Positions 1-8,182 of a stretch of 32,000 nt of DNA are shown here, piece after piece. A model generated the notes under the pieces. It had not been told where the DNA came from, searched no databases, and worked only from the letters and a program-made list of their open reading frames with translations. This DNA is from Kiritimatiella glycovorans (lineage in GTDB: Bacteria; Verrucomicrobiota; Kiritimatiellia; Kiritimatiellales; Kiritimatiellaceae). The position numbers were made by a program, and so were the translations under genes. The stretch spans positions 1,110,001 through 1,142,000 of the forward strand of contig NZ_CP010904.1 in assembly GCF_001017655.1 (NCBI RefSeq). The letters are read 5' to 3'. Every line of letters starts with the position of its first letter. Position 1 is the first letter of the stretch.

Positions 1-1082
1 TCGGCACCGGTACACTCACCATGGCCGACGGGACAACGCTCGATGCACTGGACAACACAGAGTTCGATGTCACCAACGACATAGATATCAATGGCGACGT
101 GAACTTCGGCGTCGGTGTGACGCGCATGTTGACCCTCGACGGCGATGTGGACTTGGGGTCGAGCGACCGTGTGATCAGCTACCGATCCGGCGGCAACGGA
201 AACTTTACGTTGTTCTTCAATGGCGAGATTTCGGGAAGCGGACGGATGATCCTCGACTCGTTCGCCGGAAATGACTACGTCCACTTGTCCAATACTGGCA
301 ATTCCATGGCCGGAGTGACCTTGGTCGATGGCGCTTTGTTGCTAGAGGGGGGGATGGCAGAAAACGAGACCACCTTGGGCAGCGGCACGTTCATTGTCCA
401 GAGCGGGACTTTAGCTGCTCAAGGGCACCAAACCGCTCAAATCTACAACGACGTTCTTCTGCAAGGTGATGTCAAAATCGTTTCTGCCAATGGCGACGTT
501 GAGATCTATGGCGACGTTGATCTCGATGGCGGGACCCGGACGATCAGCATGTTTAGCAATGCTGGTGAGGAAGAGATCAACGGGGTGATCAGCAATGGCG
601 GGTTGACACTCGCGAAAGATGGCAGCGCACCCGGCGGGCGCACCATGTCTCTCGGCGGCGTCAACACCTACACCGGCGACACGGTGATCGGAGCCGATAC
701 GACGCTGCTGCTCACGGACGACGCCGCCTTGAGCTTCGACATCGACGGTGCGGGCGTGAACAACGATCTCTCCGGCGATGGTTCATTGAGCCTGGCGGGG
801 GATTTCATCTTTGATCTCACCGGGGCGAGCACAACTTCGGGCACGGTCTGGCAGATCATCGACGCCGGGTTGCTGGGTGATACGACGCATGAAGGGAGCT
901 TCAGTGTCGTCAATTTCAACGATGTCAACGACGACGGGCTCTGGAATCGCAGTGCGAACGGCACGGTGTACCAGTACGATGAATCGGGCGGTACGCTGAC
1001 GGTGATCCCGGAACCGGCCGCGATCGGGCTGATGCTCGCGAGCGGGGCGATCTTCCTGCTCCGGCGCCGTCTGGTGATCTGA
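1..1082 (+). CDS. PEP-CTERM-anchored secreted repeat protein (5' end probably outside the window)
   Basis: The ORF 21-1082 frame stays open back to base 3, so the true start is probably upstream of the window. The protein is Gly/Thr/Asp-rich with degenerate beta-strand-like repeats (GDV.., GTLT.., GGxxT). The C-terminus VIPEPAAIGLMLASGAIFLLRRRLVI has a PEP motif, a hydrophobic helix and an Arg cluster, which is the PEP-CTERM sorting signal. Confidence 0.8.
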   Translation, partial: GTGTLTMADGTTLDALDNTEFDVTNDIDINGDVNFGVGVTRMLTLDGDVDLGSSDRVISYRSGGNGNFTLFFNGEISGSGRMILDSFAGNDYVHLSNTGNSMAGVTLVDGALLLEGGMAENETTLGSGTFIVQSGTLAAQGHQTAQIYNDVLLQGDVKIVSANGDVEIYGDVDLDGGTRTISMFSNAGEEEINGVISNGGLTLAKDGSAPGGRTMSLGGVNTYTGDTVIGADTTLLLTDDAALSFDIDGAGVNNDLSGDGSLSLAGDFIFDLTGASTTSGTVWQIIDAGLLGDTTHEGSFSVVNFNDVNDDGLWNRSANGTVYQYDESGGTLTVIPEPAAIGLMLASGAIFLLRRRLVI

Positions 1083-1100
1083 GTCTGACATAGCCCCTTG

Positions 1101-1135
1101 GAAGGCCCGGTCGATAGCGACCGGGCCTTCTTTAT
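1101..1135 (+). terminator. Rho-independent terminator after the PEP-CTERM gene
   Basis: GAAGGCCCGGTCG-ATAG-CGACCGGGCCTTC forms a perfect 13-bp stem with a 4-nt loop, followed by TTTAT. It begins 19 nt after the stop codon. Confidence 0.75.
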
Positions 1136-1141
1136 GCGGTC

Positions 1142-2066
1142 ATCCGCTGCGAGCGATCCCCTGGAGGGACGGCTTCCACGCCGTCCACAAAAGCGGCGCG
1201 CTCGGAGATCGCGCCCTACCTGAAAACGCGGGCCGACCCTTGCGATGGAATCGGTCGGGGTGGAACCCGACCCTCCACGCCGTCCGTTGTGAGCGATCCC
1301 CTGGAGGGACGGCTTCCACGCCGTCCACAAAAGCGGCGCGCTCGGAGATCGTGCCCTACCTGAAAACGCGGGCCGACCCTTGCGATGGAATCGGTCGGGG
1401 TGGAACCCGACCCTCCACGCCGTCCGTTGTGAGCGATCCCCTGGAGGGACGGCTTCCACGCCGTCCGCAAAAGCGGCGCGCTCGGAGATCGCGCCCTACC
1501 TGAAAACGCGGGCCGACCCTTGCGATGGAATCGGTCGGGGTGGAACCCGACCCTCCACGCCGTCCGCTGCGAGCGATCCCCTGGAGGGACGGCTTCCACG
1601 CCGTCCGCAAAAGCGGCGCGCTCGGAGATCGCGCCCTACCTGAAAACGCGGGCCGACCCTTGCGATGGAATCGGTCGGGGTGGAACCCGACCCTCCACGC
1701 CGTCCGTTGTGAGCGATCCCCTGGAGGGACGGCTTCCACGCCGTCCGCAAAAGCGGCGCGCTCGGAGATCGTGCCCTATCGGAAAACGCGGGCCGACCCT
1801 TGCGATGGAATCGGTCGGGGTGGAACCCGACCCTCCACGCCGTCCGTTGTGAGCGATCCCCTGGAGGGACGGCTTCCACGCCGTCCACAAAAGCGGCGCG
1901 CTCGGAGATCGTGCCCTACCTGAAAACGCGGGCCGACCCTTGCGATGGAATCGGTCGGGGTGGAACCCGACCCTCCACGCCGTCCGCTGCGAGCGATCCC
2001 CTGGAGGGACGGCTTCCACGCCGTCCGCAAAAGCGGCGCGCTCGGAGATCGTGCCCTACCCAGGAA
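1142..2066. repeat. Tandem array A of a 140-bp hairpin-rich unit (about 6.6 copies), BIME/REPIN-like
   Basis: The marker tgcgatggaatc recurs at 1241, 1381, 1521, 1661, 1801 and 1941, an exact 140-bp period. Copies differ only by a few transitions. Each unit contains GGTCGGG-GTGGAA-CCCGACC, GGACGGC-TTCCAC-GCCGTCC and GGCGCG-N9-CG(C/T)GCC. Confidence 0.97.
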
Positions 2067-2095
2067 CGCAGACTGAACCCATAGGTGAAAGGTAG

Positions 2096-2116
2096 GGACG
2101 GCTGTCCCAGCCGTCC
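2096..2116. repeat. Solo hairpin of the same family (long-stem variant)
   Basis: GGACGGCTG-TCC-CAGCCGTCC has a 9-bp stem, preceded by gtagg as at the start of array B. Confidence 0.8.
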
Positions 2117-2298
2117 GCCCGGCCGTGTCCGCCCTGCCGTCCGCGCAGATATCGCGCGCTACCAAAGGCAAAAAACTCCGCAGACCATCACCATAGTACA
2201 AAAAGGCGTCAGCGAAGCGTAGGACATCGCCTCCCCGTATCCGCAAGGATACGCGTCATTCTTATTTCGCTTCTTTTAATTCAACCGGACGAAGAATC

Positions 2299-3570
2299 AT
2301 GTGGATGCACGCGACCATGGATCTCAAGGCGGAGCCGTTTAATGCGGCCGACCGCGCGATGCTTCGCAATCTCGCCCGCCGGGTAGCCGAGATCGCCGCC
2401 CTTCCGATTCAGCGGGAACGCGAAATCCTCTGTACGGCGCACAACGATCTCAAGACGAAACAACCGGTGGTCTTCGCCTTTCCCGAGGGGGCGTGGACGG
2501 AACTTATCCCCCTCTCGTCGCTGCAGGGCACGACCCCCTTCACGCGCCATTTCGAGACAGAACTTCGACGTCGCATCTACTACGACGATCACATTCGCGA
2601 CGATCAGCCGATCCGCCGCGAACTCTACGTCCCGTACGCCGGCCGATTCACCACCTTCGGTCTCGAGATGCGGACCACGGAGAGCACCAGCGAGCGCGGT
2701 TCGCGTCACTTCGATCCGATCATCCGCACCATGGAGGATGTAGAAAAGATGGAGCCGCCGCGGGTCGAGATCGATTGGGACGAGACCCGGCGGCGCGAGG
2801 AGATCGTTCAGGAGGCGCTCGGGGATATTCTCGACGTACAGCTTCAGGGCATGTGGCGGGGAAATTGCATCCCGATCGACGTTTTCGCCATGTACTGCGG
2901 TCTCGACAACCTTTTCTACGACATGCTCGACCAGCCGGAGATGATACACGCTGCGGTCCGGCTCATGGTCGACGGTTGGATCGACTGTGTGAAGGAACTC
3001 GAACGGATCGGCGCCCTGTCACTGGCCCATACGAATCAGTTCTGCGCCTCGGGCGGGATGTCGTATACCGACGATCTTCCGCAGCCGGACTTCGACGGGG
3101 AGCACGTACGGCTCAAAGATCTATGGGGATTCGCCACGGACCAGATCTTTACCGATGTCTCCCCGGCGATGCACGAGGAGTTCGCCATCGAGCACGAAAA
3201 GCGTTTTCTGGAACTGTTCGGACTTAATTCCTACGGCTGCTGCGAGCCGCTGCACAACAAGATCGAAATGCTCGAGCGGCACCTCCCGAATCTGCGCCGG
3301 CTCTCGATTTCCCCCTGGGCCGATGTCGAACAATGCGCCGAGCAGCTTCAGGACCGCTACATCTATTCGTGGAAACCGAACCCCGTGATCCTGGCCGGGG
3401 ACCGCTTCGAGCCCGAGGCCGTGCGTGAGAGTATCCGGGCCTTTCGCGAAAAAACGAGGGATTGTGTTCCGGAGATTATAATGAAGGATACCCATACCGT
3501 CCGCCATGATCCGCGCCGCATTCCCGAATGGGTGCGTATCGCCAAAGAGGTCTGTGAGGAGACGGGATAA
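2299..3570 (+). CDS. Hypothetical enzyme, possibly a distant URO-D-like TIM-barrel protein (function uncertain)
   Basis: A 423-aa ORF with ATG at 2299 (alternative ATGs at 2305 and 2317) and an AT-rich upstream region. Its C-terminal half (SYGCCEPLH, ISPWADVEQ) looks like a remote relative of the URO-D/MtaA fold encoded by the next gene. I cannot confirm this without an HMM search. Confidence 0.6.
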   Translation: MWMHATMDLKAEPFNAADRAMLRNLARRVAEIAALPIQREREILCTAHNDLKTKQPVVFAFPEGAWTELIPLSSLQGTTPFTRHFETELRRRIYYDDHIRDDQPIRRELYVPYAGRFTTFGLEMRTTESTSERGSRHFDPIIRTMEDVEKMEPPRVEIDWDETRRREEIVQEALGDILDVQLQGMWRGNCIPIDVFAMYCGLDNLFYDMLDQPEMIHAAVRLMVDGWIDCVKELERIGALSLAHTNQFCASGGMSYTDDLPQPDFDGEHVRLKDLWGFATDQIFTDVSPAMHEEFAIEHEKRFLELFGLNSYGCCEPLHNKIEMLERHLPNLRRLSISPWADVEQCAEQLQDRYIYSWKPNPVILAGDRFEPEAVRESIRAFREKTRDCVPEIIMKDTHTVRHDPRRIPEWVRIAKEVCEETG

Positions 3571-3613
3571 AGAGCTGTGGGCATGGATTGAAAAAGAAGG
3601 GAGAAGCGGAAGT

Positions 3614-4591
3614 ATGAGTAAACGAGACGACATGATCGCGGCCATGAGCGGACGTCTTCCCGGGCGTGTTCCGCTGTGGGAACTCGAGTTTCAGATGTGG
3701 AATCAGTTCAGTGACGAGAAACTGATCGTCGGAACGCCGTTTACCAAACTGACCGGACGGGAGCAGCAGGAACAGCTCGATCGAAATGCGCGGATCATCT
3801 GCGACGTGAGCGAGCGACTCGATTTCGCGGGGATCACCCTTCCTGCATGGTACTGGGAATCCGCGCCCGGCGAGCCCGCGTATTTCTGGCTGCCCGAGCC
3901 CGACCGCGAGACGCTGCTGCGCAGAATCATCGATATCGCCGGGGACCGTTTCTACTACGTGGTCCACGTCGGCGGCGTGCTGGGTATGCCGCCCTCCGAC
4001 CGGTATATGGAGTTTTCCTGTCAGCTTTTCGAAGATCCGGAATCGATCGACCGCCGCGCGCGGGAAAACTGCGATGAGGCCAGACGCCGGGTCGAACACT
4101 GGGCGCCGTTGGGCGCGGACGGTTTTCTGATGCCCGCCGATCAGGCGATGAACAACGGACCGTTCTATAATCCCGAACAGATGGACCGGTTCATCTATCC
4201 GTATCTGAGGGAGATGGCGGATACGATCCGTCAGGCCGGCGGCCATTCCATCCTGCACACCGACGGCAATGTCATGCCGCTGATGGACGGCTATATGGAA
4301 TGCGGCATCGACGCCATCCAGGCACTGGATCCCATCGCCGGTATGGATCTGGAAAAGGTGAAGGCGAAGACAGGCGACCGCCTTACCCTGTGCGGAAATG
4401 TCGACTGCTGTACGCTGATCTCCGGAACCCCCGGAGACGTGGCGGAACAGACCCGCGAGTGCCTCGCCCGGGGAAAACCCGGGGGCCGGTTTGTGCTCGG
4501 TGCGTCAAACGCCGTCGAGTACTCCGCTCCCGCGGAAAACTTTCAGGCCATGATCGATACCTGGCGCGCCGATCCCGGATACGACGCCTAG
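3614..4591 (+). CDS. Uroporphyrinogen decarboxylase (URO-D) / MtaA-CmuA family protein
   Basis: ATG 3614 is preceded by GAAGGGAG. The ORF-track start at 3506 lies inside the previous gene. The motifs HTDGNVMPLMDGYMECGIDAIQALDP, LCGNVDCCTLISGTPGDV and GGRFVLGASNAV are typical of the C-terminal half of URO-D-like enzymes. Confidence 0.8.
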   Translation: MSKRDDMIAAMSGRLPGRVPLWELEFQMWNQFSDEKLIVGTPFTKLTGREQQEQLDRNARIICDVSERLDFAGITLPAWYWESAPGEPAYFWLPEPDRETLLRRIIDIAGDRFYYVVHVGGVLGMPPSDRYMEFSCQLFEDPESIDRRARENCDEARRRVEHWAPLGADGFLMPADQAMNNGPFYNPEQMDRFIYPYLREMADTIRQAGGHSILHTDGNVMPLMDGYMECGIDAIQALDPIAGMDLEKVKAKTGDRLTLCGNVDCCTLISGTPGDVAEQTRECLARGKPGGRFVLGASNAVEYSAPAENFQAMIDTWRADPGYDA

Positions 4592-4640
4592 CCCTGGAGG
4601 GATGCTGCTGTCCAGCAGCACCGTCCGGAAACGAAAGAGG

Positions 4641-5357
4641 GTAGGGACGGCTTCCACGCCGTCCGTTGTGAGCGATCCCCTGGAGGGACGGCTTCCACGC
4701 CGTCCACAAAAGCGGCGCGCTCGGAGATCGCGCCTTACCCGAAAACGCGGGCCGACCCTTGCGAGGGAACAGGTCGGGGTGGAACCCGACCCTCCACGCC
4801 GTCCGTTGTGAGCGATCCCCTGGAGGGACGGCTTCCACGCCGTCCGCAAAAGCGGCGCGCTCGGAGATCGCGCCCTACCTGAAAACGCGGGCCGACCCTT
4901 GCGAGGGAACAGGTCGGGGTGGAACCCGACCCTCCACGCCGTCCGTTGTGAGCGATCCCCTGGAGGGACGGCTTCCACGCCGTCCACAAAAGCGGCGCGC
5001 TCGGAGATCGCGCCCTGTCTGAAAACGCGGGCCGACCCTTGCGAGGGAATCGGTCGGGGTGGAACCCGACCCTCCACGCCGTCCGTTGTGAGCGATCCCC
5101 TGGAGGGACGGCTTCCACGCCGTCCGCAAAAGCGGCGCGCTCGGAGATCGCGCCCTACCAGAAAAACGCGGGCCGACCCTTGCGAGGGAACAGGTCGGGG
5201 TGGAACCCGACCCTCCACGCCGTCCGTTGTGAGCGATCCCCTGGAGGGACGGCTTCCACGCCGTCCGCAAAAGCGGCGCGCTCGGAGATCGCGCCTTACC
5301 CGAAAACGCGGGCCGACCCTTGCGAGGGAACAGGTCGGGGTGGAACCCGACCCTCCA
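4641..5357. repeat. Tandem array B of the same 140-bp unit (about 5.1 copies), same orientation as array A
   Basis: The marker ttgcgagggaa recurs at 4759, 4899, 5039, 5180 and 5320, a period of 140 with one 141 caused by an extra A. The unit is nearly identical to array A apart from tgcgaGggaaCAggtcgggg versus tgcgaTggaaTCggtcgggg. An extra hairpin GCTGCTG..CAGCAGC (4604-4619) sits between the stop codon and the array. Confidence 0.97.
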
Positions 5358-5452
5358 ATATGAGCGAAAAGATTGTTCGCGTATCTCCAGATCCCCTACA
5401 CTCCCCCAATCCGTTGTATTATGGGTTTATTCAGACAGAAGGGGCTGAGGCG

Positions 5453-7807
5453 ATGTTGCGTTCGATGGTGTTCCCGTTGTTCGGAGTTCAGGTCTTGTGG
5501 GTTGGGATGAGCGCATATGCTGCCGCGGGAGCACTCGAACCCTTCTCGATGGCCGACCCGCTCGGGATCAACGTGGAGGATGTGGCGGCGCTTAATGAAC
5601 TCGGCAATCAGCCGCTGGCACGATTGGGATATGTCGATGTGACCGCTGCGCCGTTCCACGTGGACGGCTCGGGCGAAACGGACGTCACCGTATCGCTCCA
5701 GGAGGCGATCACCTTCGCGCGTCATCATAAAATGGCGGCGTATCTTCCGGCCGGGACGTATCGGGTCAGCGATACGATTCGTTGCTTTGGCGGATGGCGG
5801 GACTACCGCGACGAACAATACCGCTATCTTCCGCACGTCGACTTCTGGCCGTGTGTCGTGGTCGGGGACACGCGCGGTGCGGGACGTCCCCGGATCGTGC
5901 TCGCGGCCAATTCCCCTGATTTCAACAATCCGGCGTTCTTGAAGCCCGTGGTTCAGTTCTTTGCGCGGAGCTGGCGGCGTGATGCCTCGGAAGAGATTCC
6001 GCGCCTCGACGGATCACCCGCATTCAATCAGTTGTTCAAGGGCGTGGACATCGAAATCGAGCCGGGCAATCCGCGTGCGACGGCGTTGTTTATGGATTCG
6101 GCCGAGGGCGCGACGATCCAGGACTGCACGCTGGATGCAGGGGAGGGGTACGCCTGTCTCGAGCGCTGTCCGGGCAGCGGCGGCGCGGTATTTAATGTCG
6201 AGATGCGCGGAGGCCGGGTCGGGGCGGTGATGAACGGGGCGCGTCCGTCCGCCACCCTGGCGGGAGTGCGCTTCCGCGGACAGCGCGAAGCGGCCATCCA
6301 TTACGATCAGCGCGGAGGACTCACCGTGGTCGGATGCACCTTTGATCTCGCGCCCGGAGTGCCCGCCGTCCGCTCGCGCGATACGCGGCACGGCGCGTTG
6401 AGTGTGGTCGACACCCGAATCGCCTTCTCGCAGGCCGATCCGGGGAACGTGGCCTTTGATGCCGGGACGGCGTTTTATCTCCGGGATGTGTATGTGCATC
6501 AGGCGGCAGCGGTCCTGAAGACCGAAGGCGGGCGTGTTCTCGGATCCCCTGAGCACGAATGGGTCCGCGTCGATGAGGCCGCCGTCGGGCATGATAGCTA
6601 CCCGATTCCGATCGATACGCCGATTTATATCGACGGGGAAGAGCGGGGCGCCTTTTGCCGGATGGAGCCCTGTGCGGAGCCGGAGGACGGGTTCGTGCGG
6701 CGTCACATCTTCTGGGACGAGTCGACTGCGCCGGCGTTTGACCGGGCGGGGTATGTAAACGTGAAGGATGCGCCGTATCATGCGCGGGGGGATGGGGAGA
6801 CGGACGACACCGAGGCCCTGCAGCGCGCGATCGACGAACACGAGGTCGTCTTTCTTCCCAAGGGGGCATACCGGATCACGCGTACGCTGCGACTGCGTCC
6901 GGAAACGAAACTCTTCGGCGTGAGTCCCTCGTACAGTCTGATCGTGCCGATGGAGGTCAGCGGCGGCGATTTCATGGACCCCGCTGACCCGCGTCCCGCG
7001 ATTCGCACCGCCGATCGTAAGGATGCCGATACGGTTCTGGAATTCGTGGGGATCTATCTTCCGCGCGAACTGGTTCACGCGGTCTATGCCCTGGATTGGC
7101 GCTGTGGCGGGCGGTCGCGCCTGAGATGCGCCCACCCGCTCTTCGGCTACACCGAGCTCGACTGGGAATTCAAGCGGCAGGACCTTTATCCCTGGGACAA
7201 CTGGTCATGGGAGGATATGGGGGCCATGGCGACGATGCTCGAGCCGGACGGCGTGCGCCATCGTTCCATCCCCGGCTTCGCGCCGGACACCTCGCGGGAT
7301 CGCCGGCGTAACTGGCCGATGCAGCTCGTGCGCGGTCATGGCGGCGGCGCGTGGTACGCGATGTGGGCGAACAGTACATGGGGGCAGGGGGCCCGGTATC
7401 GGCAGCTTCGCGTCGAGGGTATCGACGGTCCGTTCGCGATTTATCACGCCCAGCTTCAATATTCGCGCGGCGAGGCCGAGATCGAGATGGTCGGGGCGCG
7501 AAACGTCTCGATCTACGGGACCAAGAAGGAGATGGATGCCCCCGTCCTCGTGCTGCGCGACTGCGAGAACGTGCTCTACACCGGCAACGGCGGTCCCGGG
7601 ATGTCCGTGGTTCCGGAATGGGGGCACTACCGTATCTTCAATTCGCGCGCGATCACCCTGGCCAACCTGTTCTTCGATCCGCGGCCCGAAGGCGCACACG
7701 GCAGGAGCGAGTCGGTCCCGATCGTGCGGGTGTATGACGGACAGGGCCGCGAGACATTCTGGAGCGAACCCGGGGCACGCCCCGTACTGTTTAAACGTAC
7801 CCCGTAA
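5453..7807 (+). CDS. Secreted double beta-helix glycosidase (pectate-lyase superfamily, GH28/GH55-like)
   Basis: ATG 5453 is preceded by GAGG, and the N-terminus MLRSMVFPLFGVQVLWVGMSAYAAAGA is signal-peptide-like. ATG 5360 is an alternative start. The track start at 5039 is a TTG inside the repeat array and is rejected. There are two Pectate_lyase_3-type N-terminal motifs: YVDVTAAPFHVDGSGETDVTVSLQEAI and YVNVKDAPYHARGDGETDDTEALQRAI. Confidence 0.8.
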   Translation: MLRSMVFPLFGVQVLWVGMSAYAAAGALEPFSMADPLGINVEDVAALNELGNQPLARLGYVDVTAAPFHVDGSGETDVTVSLQEAITFARHHKMAAYLPAGTYRVSDTIRCFGGWRDYRDEQYRYLPHVDFWPCVVVGDTRGAGRPRIVLAANSPDFNNPAFLKPVVQFFARSWRRDASEEIPRLDGSPAFNQLFKGVDIEIEPGNPRATALFMDSAEGATIQDCTLDAGEGYACLERCPGSGGAVFNVEMRGGRVGAVMNGARPSATLAGVRFRGQREAAIHYDQRGGLTVVGCTFDLAPGVPAVRSRDTRHGALSVVDTRIAFSQADPGNVAFDAGTAFYLRDVYVHQAAAVLKTEGGRVLGSPEHEWVRVDEAAVGHDSYPIPIDTPIYIDGEERGAFCRMEPCAEPEDGFVRRHIFWDESTAPAFDRAGYVNVKDAPYHARGDGETDDTEALQRAIDEHEVVFLPKGAYRITRTLRLRPETKLFGVSPSYSLIVPMEVSGGDFMDPADPRPAIRTADRKDADTVLEFVGIYLPRELVHAVYALDWRCGGRSRLRCAHPLFGYTELDWEFKRQDLYPWDNWSWEDMGAMATMLEPDGVRHRSIPGFAPDTSRDRRRNWPMQLVRGHGGGAWYAMWANSTWGQGARYRQLRVEGIDGPFAIYHAQLQYSRGEAEIEMVGARNVSIYGTKKEMDAPVLVLRDCENVLYTGNGGPGMSVVPEWGHYRIFNSRAITLANLFFDPRPEGAHGRSESVPIVRVYDGQGRETFWSEPGARPVLFKRTP

Positions 7808-8017
7808 AGACCGCAAAACGCCGCATGAAAACATCGGAATCGAGACGCCGAGAACGGATTTTGCGGATGACGCGGACCGGGTGGCCCGGGGAGGGTTCTG
7901 GACGCGGGGCCGTTGAACTTCAAGCACGTCAACCTGCAATCACTTCTGCCCCGGCCTGATGCGGGATGCGGGGGTGCCCGGAGATCGCGCCACACCCGAA
8001 CGGGGCGTTTCGTCGGC

Positions 8018-8047
8018 TTGAGCGCATATATCATGAAAATGTATGAT
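8018..8047 (+). promoter_or_regulatory. Candidate sigma70-like promoter upstream of the sulfatase gene
   Basis: TTGAGC (8018-8023), an 18-nt spacer, then TATGAT (8042-8047), in a locally AT-rich patch about 135 nt upstream of ATG 8183. It is followed by the palindrome GGTCATG-N12-CATGACC. Promoter consensus for this lineage is not known to me, so this is a weak call. Confidence 0.3.
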
Positions 8048-8182
8048 TTGGTCATGCCAATGTAGGATCATGACCGGTCAGGTGTCTTACGCTTCCCGGA
8101 TTGTGCTCGATTCCAGGCACGGGCGGTTCGGCGGGGTTGGCGCGTTTTTTTGAAATATCGGTCAGGGCACAGGAGGGAAATC

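Noticed and set aside
1142-2066. Possible CRISPR array, given the regular spacing and palindromic repeats. The same question applies to 4641-5357 and 14205-14472.
   Set aside because: The entire 140-bp (or 78-bp) unit repeats, so there are no unique spacers between repeats. The unit length is far from the usual CRISPR repeat-plus-spacer size. No cas genes are present in the window.
668-2246. A family of overlapping ORFs on both strands (e.g. MEAVPPGDRSQRTAWRVGFHPDRF..., MRWNRSGWNPTLHAVRCERSPGG...).
   Set aside because: They are translations of the 140-bp repeat. They recur with a 140-nt offset (not a multiple of 3), occur on both strands, have no RBS, and are Arg/Pro/Gly-rich as expected for random high-GC sequence.
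3476-4258. The 260-aa minus-strand ORF, together with the 2281-2949 and 3121-3645 minus-strand ORFs.
   Set aside because: They are antisense to the two URO-D-like genes and have no motifs. They are shadow ORFs.
4383-5363. The same kind of ORFs inside array B, including the 237-aa and 154-aa entries.
   Set aside because: They are repeat-derived artefacts, for the same reasons as in array A.
5039-5452. The N-terminal 138 residues of the 922-aa track ORF.
   Set aside because: The start is a TTG inside the repeat array, and the translated segment is repeat sequence. A signal peptide with an RBS begins at 5453.
7811-7866. The inverted repeat CCGCAAAA ... TTTTGCGG after the glycosidase stop codon, as a possible terminator.
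   Set aside because: The 40-nt loop and the absence of a downstream T-run make an intrinsic terminator unlikely.
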